DNA of 32,000 nucleotides from Dickeya dadantii NCPPB 898 (GTDB lineage Bacteria; Pseudomonadota; Gammaproteobacteria; Enterobacterales; Enterobacteriaceae): NCBI RefSeq assembly GCF_000406145.1, contig NZ_CM001976.1, positions 3,967,472 to 3,999,471 of the forward strand, read 5' to 3'. Shown piece by piece: positions 23,753 to 32,000 of this stretch (position 1 is its first letter; each line of letters starts with the position of its first letter). The notes under the pieces were generated by a model. It saw only the letters and a program-made list of their open reading frames with translations, ran no database searches and was not told where the DNA came from. The position numbers and the translations under genes were made by a program.

Positions 23753-26164
23753 CTAGAAGTGGGTATTGACGCTCATGTAGAAGGTTCTGCCGGACTCATT
23801 GTAGGTCGCCGCCCCGGCGCCGGCGATGTTAATGACGCTGCAACTGCCGTCGGACGCAACGGTACAACCGGCTGAGGCATTGCCGCGGCGGAACTGGCGT
23901 TTGTCGAACAGGTTGCTGATTCCGCCGGTCACGCTGACGTTCTTGGTGATGGCATAGGTGGCGCTGGTTCCCACCACCGCGTACGGGCTGAGTTCGTTCA
24001 GTTCATCACCCGAAGCGGCCATGCCGCGATAGTTGTATTTCTTCGGCTTCTGACGGCCATACCAGGTCAGCGTCGATTGCAACGACAGATCGTCCGTCGC
24101 CTGCCAGCTTAACGTGGAGTTCAGCGTGAATTCCGGCGTTACCGACAGAATATCGCCGGTGCTCTTGTTCTTCGAACGTAGCATCCAGGTGATATTGTTG
24201 TTCCACTTGATGCTTTCCGACACCGGTACATTCAATGTACCCTCCAGCCCCTCGACCACCGCACGGGGAATGTTCTCCCAGCGGTAGACATTGGTTTTAC
24301 CGTTGGTGGTGGTACCCACCGGCGTCAGCCCGGATTCAATCTTGTTGCGGTAATCGTTGCGGAAGTACGTTACACCTGCCTGATAGCCATTGCGCTTGAA
24401 TTCAAGACCGATCTCCTTGTTGACGCTGGTTTCCGCCTTCAGTTCCTCGTTGCCGATCAGATAACAGTTATTGCTGGCGCCGTTGATCAAATAGCAGCCC
24501 TGCCCCCGGCTATAGAGCAGATAATTGGGATTGACCTGATACAGGTTGGGCGCTTTGTAAGCCTGCGCAATGCCCATTTTCAGGGTGAAATCATCGCCCA
24601 GCCCCTGCGACAGATTCAGACCGGGGCTGACCTTGCTGCCTGCCAGCGAGTGGTAGTCAAAACGCAGCGCCGGGGTCAGCATGGTGCTTTGCGTCAGCTC
24701 AACGTTATCTTCAGCGAACAGCGAGAAGGTATGGGCCTTGATATCGCCGCTACGATTAGTGCTGTTATAACCCGCAATCACGCCGGTGGACGACATGTCA
24801 TACGAGGTAGAGCCAGGGTCTGTCATCCGTTGATCAGACGCCTCGATACCCAGAGTGGCGGTCTGGCTAAAGTATGCCTCAAACGGGATATTCACTTCGC
24901 TGTGGGCGGTCAGGGTATCCAGCTTGACGGTGGTGTAATCGTCGGGGGAAGAGAAAATCCCCTCGGTGCCGCCCGCCAGCCCTTCGCTGATACGGGTGTT
25001 ATGGGTGCGCTCGTATTGCAGATAAGACGTGGAGCTGACGCCGCTGTCCCAGAAGCCGCGATGCGTCACGGCATAGGTCTGCCGGTACATGCGGTTAGTC
25101 TCTTTGCCGTAGTTGCTGGCGACATAGTTGTTAGTGTTGGTGTTTTGGGTATCGCCGGCATAGATATTACCCTGACGGCTGGAGCCGACTTCAAACTCCA
25201 GCGACTGCTGTTTGGTGATATCCCAACGCAGTACGCCGTTGATATCTTTGTTGCGCACCCCTTCGCGGCCAGACGGCACCGAGCTGGCGTAGCTGCCGGT
25301 TCGCGCCGATTTATAAGGCTCGTTTATGTCGGCGGCGTCTGCCTGCGTCTTGTTGAGGTTGCCGTACAACCGCAGGCTCAGATTGTCGCTCAAGCCGCCG
25401 GACAGGCTGAAATCGGTACGTTTGGTGGCGCCTTCCGCCTTATGCACCGGCGCGTTGAAATAGGTATTCCAGCTACCGTGCCACTCCTGGCCCGGTTGTT
25501 TGGTGATAATGTTGATCACCCCACCCATCGCGCCGGAACCATAGCGCGCCGCCGCCGGGCCGCGCAGCACTTCGATGCGTTCCACCATGTCGGACGGCAC
25601 CCAGTTGGTATCGCCGCGACTGTCACGCTCGCCGCGCCAGCCATAGCGCACGGCATTACGGCTGGACACCGGCTTACCGTCCACCAGAATCAGGGTATTC
25701 TCCGGCCCCATGCCGCGAATATCGATCTGACGGTTGTTACCGCGCTGCCCGCTGCTGGAGTTACCGGTCAGGTTCACCCCCGGTTGGGTACGGATGATGT
25801 CGGACAGATCATTGGCGGGAGGACGTTTAGCGATATCCTCGGCGGTAATCACCGATACCCCCGGCGCCTGGCGGGTTTGCTCCGCCGCCGTCACCACCAT
25901 CGTATCGCTCTGCGTCTGACCAGCGTCGCCGGCCGATGTGCTGGATGTAGTAGATGTAGTAGATGTAGTAGATGTAGTAGATGTGCCAGATGTAGTAGAT
26001 GTGCCAGATGTAGTAGTCGCTGATGCCGTATTGGCCGCGGTTTTATTGGTCGCTGTTGTCGCGGTGGTTACGGTGTCCGCCGCCCAGTTCAGGCTCGGGA
26101 AAGTCGCGCAACTTAACCCGATCAGCGTCGCCAGATAGTGGCGTGGTCGTAGTGTTATCATCAA
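23753..26164 (-). CDS. fepA: TonB-dependent catecholate siderophore receptor, FepA/IroN-type
   Basis: Collinear with E. coli FepA from the TonB box onward: DTMVVTAAEQTRQAPGVSVITA, GQRGNNRQIDIRGMGPENTLILVDGKPVSSRN, ... TFYMSVNTHF C-terminal Phe. Signal peptide ends ...SLNWA/AD. It carries a roughly 45-aa Thr/Ser/Ala-rich insertion before the TonB box that E. coli FepA lacks. Confidence 0.92.
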   Translation of the reverse strand: MMITLRPRHYLATLIGLSCATFPSLNWAADTVTTATTATNKTAANTASATTTSGTSTTSGTSTTSTTSTTSTTSSTSAGDAGQTQSDTMVVTAAEQTRQAPGVSVITAEDIAKRPPANDLSDIIRTQPGVNLTGNSSSGQRGNNRQIDIRGMGPENTLILVDGKPVSSRNAVRYGWRGERDSRGDTNWVPSDMVERIEVLRGPAAARYGSGAMGGVINIITKQPGQEWHGSWNTYFNAPVHKAEGATKRTDFSLSGGLSDNLSLRLYGNLNKTQADAADINEPYKSARTGSYASSVPSGREGVRNKDINGVLRWDITKQQSLEFEVGSSRQGNIYAGDTQNTNTNNYVASNYGKETNRMYRQTYAVTHRGFWDSGVSSTSYLQYERTHNTRISEGLAGGTEGIFSSPDDYTTVKLDTLTAHSEVNIPFEAYFSQTATLGIEASDQRMTDPGSTSYDMSSTGVIAGYNSTNRSGDIKAHTFSLFAEDNVELTQSTMLTPALRFDYHSLAGSKVSPGLNLSQGLGDDFTLKMGIAQAYKAPNLYQVNPNYLLYSRGQGCYLINGASNNCYLIGNEELKAETSVNKEIGLEFKRNGYQAGVTYFRNDYRNKIESGLTPVGTTTNGKTNVYRWENIPRAVVEGLEGTLNVPVSESIKWNNNITWMLRSKNKSTGDILSVTPEFTLNSTLSWQATDDLSLQSTLTWYGRQKPKKYNYRGMAASGDELNELSPYAVVGTSATYAITKNVSVTGGISNLFDKRQFRRGNASAGCTVASDGSCSVINIAGAGAATYNESGRTFYMSVNTHF
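25935..26017. repeat. In-frame 9-bp / 18-bp tandem repeats encoding the (T/S)-rich tract of the receptor
   Basis: Plus strand: gatgtgctg gatgtagta gatgtagta gatgtagta gatgtagta gatgtgcca gatgtagta gatgtgcca gatgtagta gtc. All units are multiples of 3, giving TSGTSTTSGTSTTSTTSTTSTTSS on the minus strand. Confidence 0.9.
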
Positions 26165-26342
26165 AGTCGCCCTGTATAAAGTAAAGTCAGCAACGAAAGG
26201 TGCTACTGAGAAGTATTTGCATTATCATGCAGGCGCGATCATTGTTGCATTTGTTATTCGGGATGGGGTTTGTATAAACCGCAAATTACTTTGCAAAAGC
26301 GGCAAAATGGCCTGAAATAACCAGACAGAGCGAGGGGAAATC

Positions 26343-27329
26343 ATGCGTAATCATGTTCCGTCATCAGCATCCATTTATAAGAACCAGATTATGCAGATGT
26401 CCAGCCTGGTCTCCAACCATTACCGTTTCCTCGGCCCTCAGGTGATCGATGAAACGCCGCTGCTGTTCGGCCATTTCAACGTCACGCCGCTGCACCGCGA
26501 TTTGATTCTGCATACCGCCGACGTTATCAACCTGCACAGCATGCAAACCCAAACCACGCTGAACGGCGCGCTGAAGCTGGCGGTTGTCGTCAACGGCAAC
26601 GCGCATATCAGCTATGGCGACCGGCGGCTGCATGTGGGCGAACGCCAACCGGCCTCGCTGGTTTCGCTGACCGAACCCACGCTCTTTAGCCGCTACGGCA
26701 AGCGTGACGACTATGAGCGCACCGTTTCTCTGACCTTTAGCCGGGAATGGCTGTACGGCAACCTGATGGACAGCGTCAACGACTGGCAGGCCATCTATGA
26801 TTTCACCCAGACCCACCTGGCCACCCATCGCTGGATGCCGTCGCGTCAGGCGCTGGCCGCCGCCTGGCAGATCCTTAACGCCGGCGCCTGCCAGACGCCG
26901 CTGCAACGCCTGTACCTGGAAACCCAGTGCATGACGCTGATTATCGAAGCATTCAGTTCGCTCACCAAGCAGGCGTCGGCGGATAAACCCGCACCGGGGT
27001 TGCCCCTGCGCCACCGCCAACGGATGCAGCAGGTGAAAGAGATGCTGGAAAGCGGCGCCGCCGACCATCTTGCCATCGCCGATATCGCCAAAAGCGTCAA
27101 TATGAGCGAAAGCTCGCTACAGCGCTACTTCCGTCAGACCTTTGACATGACGGTGTTTGAATACCTGCGCAACTGCCGCCTGCAACGCGCCGTGCTGGCA
27201 ATGCAGCGGGAAGGCGTCGGCATCGCTCAGGCCGCCAGCCTTGCCGGTTACACCAGCCCGGCCAATTTCGCCACCGCCCTGCGTCGCGTCTACGGGCTAA
27301 CGCCGGGGCAGTTGAAAAACCGCGTCTAA
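26343..27329 (+). CDS. AraC-family transcriptional regulator (divergent from the siderophore receptor)
   Basis: C-terminal double HTH: IADIAKSVNMSESSLQRYFRQTFDMTVFEYLRNCRLQRAV...GYTSPANFATALRRVYGLTPGQL. GAGGGG RBS before ATG 26343. The layout resembles PchR/YbtA-type receptor regulators. Confidence 0.85.
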   Translation: MRNHVPSSASIYKNQIMQMSSLVSNHYRFLGPQVIDETPLLFGHFNVTPLHRDLILHTADVINLHSMQTQTTLNGALKLAVVVNGNAHISYGDRRLHVGERQPASLVSLTEPTLFSRYGKRDDYERTVSLTFSREWLYGNLMDSVNDWQAIYDFTQTHLATHRWMPSRQALAAAWQILNAGACQTPLQRLYLETQCMTLIIEAFSSLTKQASADKPAPGLPLRHRQRMQQVKEMLESGAADHLAIADIAKSVNMSESSLQRYFRQTFDMTVFEYLRNCRLQRAVLAMQREGVGIAQAASLAGYTSPANFATALRRVYGLTPGQLKNRV

Positions 27330-27415
27330 CCGACTGGCAGAAAAAATCGCTATGCTTCGTACGTCATTCGCGGCATTGTCTTTCTTCACATTTAAGCCAC
27401 AGTACAGATATCGCC

Positions 27416-28747
27416 ATGCCCGCCCATTCCAGCATCACTAACCAACTGGCGCGCCTGATCGTCGCCTCCCAACCGGATACCGCCGTCATCGACCTCGCCC
27501 GCGACGGGGTGACGGATTTTATCGCCTGTGCGCTGCCGGTCTGGCATGGCGCGGTGGCGGACAGCGGGCTTGCACCGCTGAAATCGGTCTATCCCGGCCA
27601 CGATAGCCAGACCCGCAGCCTGCTGCTGGGCTACGCCGGCCACGCACTGGATTTTGACGATTTCCACTCCGGGTTTCGCGGCCATCCCGGCACGGTTATC
27701 CTGCCGGCTCTGCTGGCGCTGGCTGGTGAGCAACCGGCAATCACGGAAGAACAGTTTCTCGTTGCCTATGCCATCGGCGTGGAAACCGCCGGTCGGCTGG
27801 GGCTGGCCGCCGGCCCGCGCCATTACAGCCAGGGTTATCACAACACCGCCACGCTGGGTACCATCGCCGCCGCCGCCGCGGCCTGTCGTCTGACTGGCGC
27901 CACGGCTGACCAGACCGCCAATGCGCTGGGGCTGGCCGCCTCACAAGCCGCCGGGCTGCGCGCGCAATTCGGCTCCGCCATGAAACCGCTGCATGCCGGA
28001 CTGGCGGCGCGAGCCGGGTTAAGCGCTGCCCAACTGGCACTGGCAGGATTCCACGGCAACCACGACACCGTACTGGATGCGTTTCTCGCGGCCCACGGCG
28101 ACGGTCAGCATCATAGCGACGCATTGATAACCGATTGGGGTAACCCGTGGCGCCTTGTTTCTCCCGGGCTGACCTTCAAGCGTTATCCCACCTGCGGCGG
28201 CACCCACAGCGCGGCGGAAGCGGCGTTTATCCTGCGTGAACAGTATCTGCAACGTTTCGACCAGTCGCTGGACGGCTTGCCCGACGCCGTCGACCGCATC
28301 ACGGTGACGTTCCCGCCGGGCGGCGATGCCGCGCCGTTTATCCGGCAGGCCGCAACCGGTGTTGAAGGGCGATTCAGCCTCGAATACGTGATTGCCGCCG
28401 CGTTGCTGGAAGGCGAGTTGCGGTTGGAGCGTTTTACCGAAGGCCCGGTCGACCCTCGCATTGCCGCGCTGGCAGACAGGGTATCGCGTCAGGCAGACCC
28501 CAACGCCCCGCCGGATGAGCAGAACCCTGACGCCCGTTTTCATGACGTCAGTCTGTGGTTGAAAGACGGCTCGCGCCTTGACGCCAGCGTCACCTGGCGG
28601 CAAACCGCAGCGGCCAAAACCGATGTCGCCGCCAAACTGCGCCAGACGCTGAGCCTGCTGCCGCAATTGCCGGCTGACAAGGTGCTCAGCGATTGTCAGT
28701 TGCGTACGCCCGGCTCTCTGGCGGCGCTGGTTCGGCTGCTGTCATAA
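27416..28747 (+). CDS. MmgE/PrpD-family protein (2-methylcitrate dehydratase superfamily; specific activity unknown)
   Basis: 443 aa. N-terminal LARLIV...DLARDGVTDFIACAL and GHALDFDDFH blocks are typical of the family. No obvious SD before ATG 27416. Lies 86 nt downstream of the AraC gene on the same strand. Confidence 0.8.
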   Translation: MPAHSSITNQLARLIVASQPDTAVIDLARDGVTDFIACALPVWHGAVADSGLAPLKSVYPGHDSQTRSLLLGYAGHALDFDDFHSGFRGHPGTVILPALLALAGEQPAITEEQFLVAYAIGVETAGRLGLAAGPRHYSQGYHNTATLGTIAAAAAACRLTGATADQTANALGLAASQAAGLRAQFGSAMKPLHAGLAARAGLSAAQLALAGFHGNHDTVLDAFLAAHGDGQHHSDALITDWGNPWRLVSPGLTFKRYPTCGGTHSAAEAAFILREQYLQRFDQSLDGLPDAVDRITVTFPPGGDAAPFIRQAATGVEGRFSLEYVIAAALLEGELRLERFTEGPVDPRIAALADRVSRQADPNAPPDEQNPDARFHDVSLWLKDGSRLDASVTWRQTAAAKTDVAAKLRQTLSLLPQLPADKVLSDCQLRTPGSLAALVRLLS

Positions 28748-28808
28748 CCGGCGGCGACATTCCATCGCTATTCTTCATCTGGGCGCCCGTTTGGTTGGCG
28801 CCCGTTAC

Positions 28809-29987
28809 TCACCGCCGCTCCGGCGACGATGCCATCCAACGATCCAGCCACTGAAACACGGCTTCTTGCTGTTCCTGATAAAACACATGCCCCAGCTCCG
28901 GCCAGATACGGGTTTCCAGCCGCTCGTCGGCATGCTGTGACTGCCATACCTGATGCATGCGGTCATATGCCGCCTGCACCGCCTGTTGCGGGAACAAACT
29001 GTCTTTGCCGCCATTGAAGAACAGCATCGGCCGCGGCGCGGCAATACTGGCGACATCGGGGAAATCAAGACGGGCGGGCAGCCCCGGATGCAGCATGTAA
29101 AAGGAGGACTGACCGCGCAACACATTGTTGCCCGGCACCATCAACCCATCATAAGTACCGATCCAGGAAATGGCCGCCGTTGCGGCGACCTTATCCGACA
29201 ATGCCGCCAGTTGCCAGGCGCGGTAAGCGCCCATGGAGAACCCCACCACCCCGACCCGTTTCGGGTCGACCGAACGCAGCGAGGCCAGAAAATCCAGTGA
29301 ACGTACGTCTTCATACGCTAGCGTTCCCGCCAGCGAACGCCCCAGATTGAAGAAATTGCTGGCCAGCGCCTGCTGCTGTTCGTACTTGAGCGGCCCACGA
29401 TCGCCCCACCCCAGCGCATCCACCGCCAGTACCACATAACCCCGCTTCGCCAGTTCATCACCGACAAACCGACCGGTGAAGTAACGGTCGGCCCAGGCGT
29501 TAGCGGAAGCTAAACGCGTGTCATCGCCCCACGGTCGGATCATTTTCTCTTTGCCGATATCGAATTTCGCGCCGTGGTCATGTAGCAGCAACACCGCCGG
29601 ATGCGGCCCCGGCGTCTTCGGCGTCAGCAGCAACCCCGGCACCCGGCTTTCATCGGTAAGGTTGAAGGCGACCTTCTCGGCCACATAACTATCACGATCC
29701 TGACTGTCGACAACCTGTGGTTCAAAAGCACGGTGGGAATCCGGCGTCAGCAGCAGCGAGCGCACCACCTCACGGGCATGTTGCCGCCATTCGCCGAAGT
29801 GGGCATAACGCCCGGACAACCACGAGTCGGGATAGGTCAGTTGCTGTTTTAGTTGCGGGTAGAACGTGGGCAACGCGTCATCCGTTACCGACGTCGTTGT
29901 ATAAGAATGATCATTTGCCATAAGCGGGCCGCTCGCCAGACAGCACATCAGAACACAGAGGGTACGACGTAATCCGCATTTTTTCAT
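28809..29987 (-). CDS. Secreted alpha/beta hydrolase (dienelactone-hydrolase / acetyl-xylan-esterase-like serine esterase)
   Basis: I place the start at ATG 29987 (GGAG 7 nt upstream), giving the signal peptide MKKCGLRRTLCVLMCCLASGPLMA/ND. Nucleophile elbow VVGFSMGAY. C-terminal LGHVF supplies a likely catalytic His. The track's 49-codon upstream extension is unlikely. Confidence 0.7.
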   Translation of the reverse strand: MKKCGLRRTLCVLMCCLASGPLMANDHSYTTTSVTDDALPTFYPQLKQQLTYPDSWLSGRYAHFGEWRQHAREVVRSLLLTPDSHRAFEPQVVDSQDRDSYVAEKVAFNLTDESRVPGLLLTPKTPGPHPAVLLLHDHGAKFDIGKEKMIRPWGDDTRLASANAWADRYFTGRFVGDELAKRGYVVLAVDALGWGDRGPLKYEQQQALASNFFNLGRSLAGTLAYEDVRSLDFLASLRSVDPKRVGVVGFSMGAYRAWQLAALSDKVAATAAISWIGTYDGLMVPGNNVLRGQSSFYMLHPGLPARLDFPDVASIAAPRPMLFFNGGKDSLFPQQAVQAAYDRMHQVWQSQHADERLETRIWPELGHVFYQEQQEAVFQWLDRWMASSPERR

Positions 29988-30174
29988 TATTACGCTCCAA
30001 AAATAAAACATCGTTCCTTTTCGGTGATTTGGATTGTAAGTGAAGCAGATAACGCTGGCATGACGAGATCGGAATTCTGGGAGGCAGGTAAAAAAAATCC
30101 GGCAACAAGTGCCGGATAGACATTGAAACAGCAAGAAGTATCGCGCCCCGCCGCGCTGGCGACGGGGAAACGGA

Positions 30175-31599
30175 TTATTTCTTCTTCGCTTTCGGATTCG
30201 GCAGGTCGGTAATGCTACCTTCGAACACTTCAGCGGCCAGACCTACAGATTCGTGCAGGGTTGGGTGGGCGTGGATAGTCAGCGCGATATCTTCCGCATC
30301 GCAACCCATCTCGATCGCCAGGCCAATTTCACCCAGCAGCTCGCCGCCGTTGGTGCCGACAATCGCGCCACCGATCACACGGTGCGTTTCTTTGTCGAAA
30401 ATCAGCTTGGTCATACCGTCGGAGCAGTCGGATGCAATCGCACGGCCGGACGCGGCCCACGGGAATACCGCGGTTTCGTAGCTGATGCCTTTTTCCTTCG
30501 CTTCTTTCTCGGTCAGGCCGACCCAAGCCACTTCCGGCTCGGTGTAAGCGATGGACGGGATCACCTTCGGATCGAAGTAGTGTTTCTTGCCCGAGATGAC
30601 TTCGGCCGCCACGTGGCCTTCATGCACGCCTTTGTGCGCCAGCATCGGCTGACCGACGATGTCGCCGATGGCATAGATGTGCGGTACGTTGGTGCGCATC
30701 TGTTTGTCGACGCGGATGAAACCGCGATCGTCAACTTCCACGCCAGCCTGACCTGCATCCAGCAGTTTGCCGTTCGGTACACGGCCGATAGCCACCAGCA
30801 CCGCGTCATAACGCTGCGGTTCCGCCGGCGCTTTCTTGCCTTCCATCGATACGTAGATGCCGTCTTCTTTGGCTTCTACCGCGGTCACTTTGGTTTCCAG
30901 CATCAGGTTGAATTTCTTGCTGATGCGCTTGGTGAAGACTTTAACGATGTCTTTGTCGGCAGCCGGGATGACCTGATCGAACATTTCAACCACGTCGATC
31001 TGCGAACCCAGCGCATGGTACACGGTGCCCATTTCCAGACCGATGATACCGCCGCCCATTACCAGCAGGCGTCCAGGGACGCTCTTCAGTTCCAGCGCAT
31101 CGGTGGAATCCCATACGCGCGGGTCTTCATGCGGAATGAACGGCAGCTGAATCGGACGAGAACCGGCCGCGATGATAGCGTTGTCGAAGTTCACCGTGGT
31201 GCTGCCGTTTTCGCCTTCCACCACCAGGGTGTTCGGGCCGGTAAATTTACCGAAGCCATTGACCACTTTAACTTTACGGCCTTTAGCCATACCAGCCAGA
31301 CCGCCGGTCAGCTGATTGATAACTTTTTCTTTCCAGGTACGAATCTTATCGATATCGGTCTGCGGTTCGCCAAACACGATGCCGTGCTCAGCCAGCGCTT
31401 TGGCTTCTTCGATAACTTTCGCCACGTGCAGCAGTGCTTTGGAGGGGATACAGCCTACGTTCAGACATACGCCGCCCAGCGTGGAATAGCGCTCGACCAG
31501 CACGGTGTCCAGACCCAAGTCTGCACAACGGAACGCCGCGGAGTAACCTGCGGGGCCCGCGCCAAGTACCACCACCTGAGCTTTAATTTCAGTACTCAT
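30175..31599 (-). CDS. lpdA: Dihydrolipoyl dehydrogenase (E3 of pyruvate / 2-oxoglutarate dehydrogenase complexes)
   Basis: Essentially collinear and near-identical to E. coli Lpd as I recall it (MSTEIK.QVVVLGAGPAGYSAAFRCADLGL...GGVCLNVGCIPSKALLH...PNPKAKKK). I prefer the second ATG (31599), which has AGAGG 5 nt upstream. Confidence 0.97.
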   Translation of the reverse strand: MSTEIKAQVVVLGAGPAGYSAAFRCADLGLDTVLVERYSTLGGVCLNVGCIPSKALLHVAKVIEEAKALAEHGIVFGEPQTDIDKIRTWKEKVINQLTGGLAGMAKGRKVKVVNGFGKFTGPNTLVVEGENGSTTVNFDNAIIAAGSRPIQLPFIPHEDPRVWDSTDALELKSVPGRLLVMGGGIIGLEMGTVYHALGSQIDVVEMFDQVIPAADKDIVKVFTKRISKKFNLMLETKVTAVEAKEDGIYVSMEGKKAPAEPQRYDAVLVAIGRVPNGKLLDAGQAGVEVDDRGFIRVDKQMRTNVPHIYAIGDIVGQPMLAHKGVHEGHVAAEVISGKKHYFDPKVIPSIAYTEPEVAWVGLTEKEAKEKGISYETAVFPWAASGRAIASDCSDGMTKLIFDKETHRVIGGAIVGTNGGELLGEIGLAIEMGCDAEDIALTIHAHPTLHESVGLAAEVFEGSITDLPNPKAKKK

Positions 31600-31782
31600 C
31601 ATGACCTCTTAATTAATTTCCGGCGGGTCTGTGACGTCATTGTTGTTGAGTCTTAACGCCCTCTTCCACCGGGACGTGTCTTTGCCGCGGTAGTTTACAA
31701 AATCGTTAACAATTTTGAAACAACAAGCGACTAACGATTTGTCCTTAATCACTGATAGCTGCAACAAAGAACAGCTTATCAG

Positions 31783-31810
31783 AAAAAAGCCGGCCGTCAG
31801 GCCGGCTTTT
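31783..31810 (-). terminator. Rho-independent terminator after aceF
   Basis: Minus strand: AAAAGCCGGCC-tgac-GGCCGGCTTTTTT, starting 4 nt after the aceF stop. Confidence 0.85.
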
Positions 31811-31813
31811 CGA

Positions 31814-32000
31814 TTACATCACCAGACGGCGAATGTCAGACAACGTGTTGTTGATGATGGTAATGAAGCGCGCACCATCAGCACCGTCAATGACACGGTG
31901 GTCGAAGGACAGAGAGATCGGCATCATCAGACGCGGAGTAAACTCTTTACCATTCCAGACCGGTTCCATAGCGGACTTAGACACACCCAGGATAGCCACT
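31814..32000 (-). CDS. aceF: Dihydrolipoyllysine-residue acetyltransferase (pyruvate dehydrogenase E2), C-terminal fragment truncated by the window edge
   Basis: [58 protein letters not shown] matches the E. coli AceF C-terminus, including the catalytic DHRxxDG motif. Confidence 0.93.
   Translation of the reverse strand, partial: VAILGVSKSAMEPVWNGKEFTPRLMMPISLSFDHRVIDGADGARFITIINNTLSDIRRLVM

Noticed and set aside
24650-26023. 457-aa + strand ORF inside the TonB-dependent receptor gene, ending in CSRCSRCSRC repeats
   Set aside because: It is antisense to the FepA-like gene. The Cys-Ser-Arg repeats are simply the reverse-frame reading of the 9-bp Thr/Ser repeats.
26205-26250. Possible Fur box(es) in the receptor/AraC divergent promoter (e.g. 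minus-strand gcATGATAATGCAAATAC at about 26213-26230)
   Set aside because: By eye only about 10 of 19 positions match GATAATGATAATCATTATC for the best alignment, and about 9 of 19 for a second site at about 26237-26255. This is too weak to call without a scoring matrix, though iron regulation is still expected.
30135-30174. GC-rich palindrome-like sequence downstream of lpdA (cgccccgccgcgctggcgacgggg)
   Set aside because: The pairing needs bulges and no T-run follows on the minus strand, so I could not support a terminator call.
30253-31656. 467-aa + strand ORF across lpdA
   Set aside because: It is antisense to a near-identical Lpd homologue and has no motifs.
1-32000. Search for tRNA/rRNA genes, CRISPR arrays, IS elements, integrases, toxin-antitoxin pairs or phage-defence genes
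   Set aside because: I saw no spaced repeat arrays, cloverleaf-like conserved tRNA sequences, transposase/integrase-like ORFs or long terminal inverted repeats. The only repeats are the ERIC element and the short tandem or direct repeats listed above.

Overview
Chromosomal segment of a gamma-proteobacterial Enterobacterales genome. It carries an ERIC repeat and the conserved aceF-lpdA ... acnB-yacL backbone. GC looks mid/high-50s %, compatible with a Dickeya/Pectobacteriaceae-like or Serratia-like host, but this is unverified. The backbone genes are all on the minus strand: aceF 3' end 31814-32000, lpdA 30175-31599, acnB 19875-22472, yacL 19411-19773. Accessory blocks surround them. (1) 690-6395 is a tightly overlapping six-gene + strand operon: HpaB-type flavin monooxygenase, NUDIX hydrolase, M24 metallohydrolase, SbnA-like PLP beta-replacement enzyme, and extra PyrD-like and PyrE-like paralogues. 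A LOG-family nucleotide N-glycosidase gene follows separately. I regard this as the best candidate for an undescribed pathway, making or processing a modified pyrimidine-carboxylate or heteroaryl-alanine metabolite. (2) 8086-17457 is a divergent acid-sugar island. The minus arm has a DUF1537 kinase, PdxA2-like dehydrogenase and DeoR regulator. The plus arm has an Fe-ADH, a DapA/NanA-family aldolase, a Na+/solute symporter, a cytoplasmic sialidase-fold BNR protein, a YhcH-family protein and an SDR. The gene logic fits catabolism of a 3-deoxy-ulosaric or ulosonic acid glycoside feeding a D-threonate branch; this is a hypothesis. (3) 17484-19127 encodes an MCP. (4) 22832-27329 is a catecholate xenosiderophore uptake module: a FepA-like receptor with a repeat-encoded Thr/Ser-rich extension, an esterase and an AraC regulator. 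(5) 27416-29987 encodes an MmgE/PrpD-family protein and a secreted alpha/beta hydrolase. I found no tRNA, rRNA, CRISPR, transposase or integrase. Many long antisense ORFs in the track are GC-driven artefacts.
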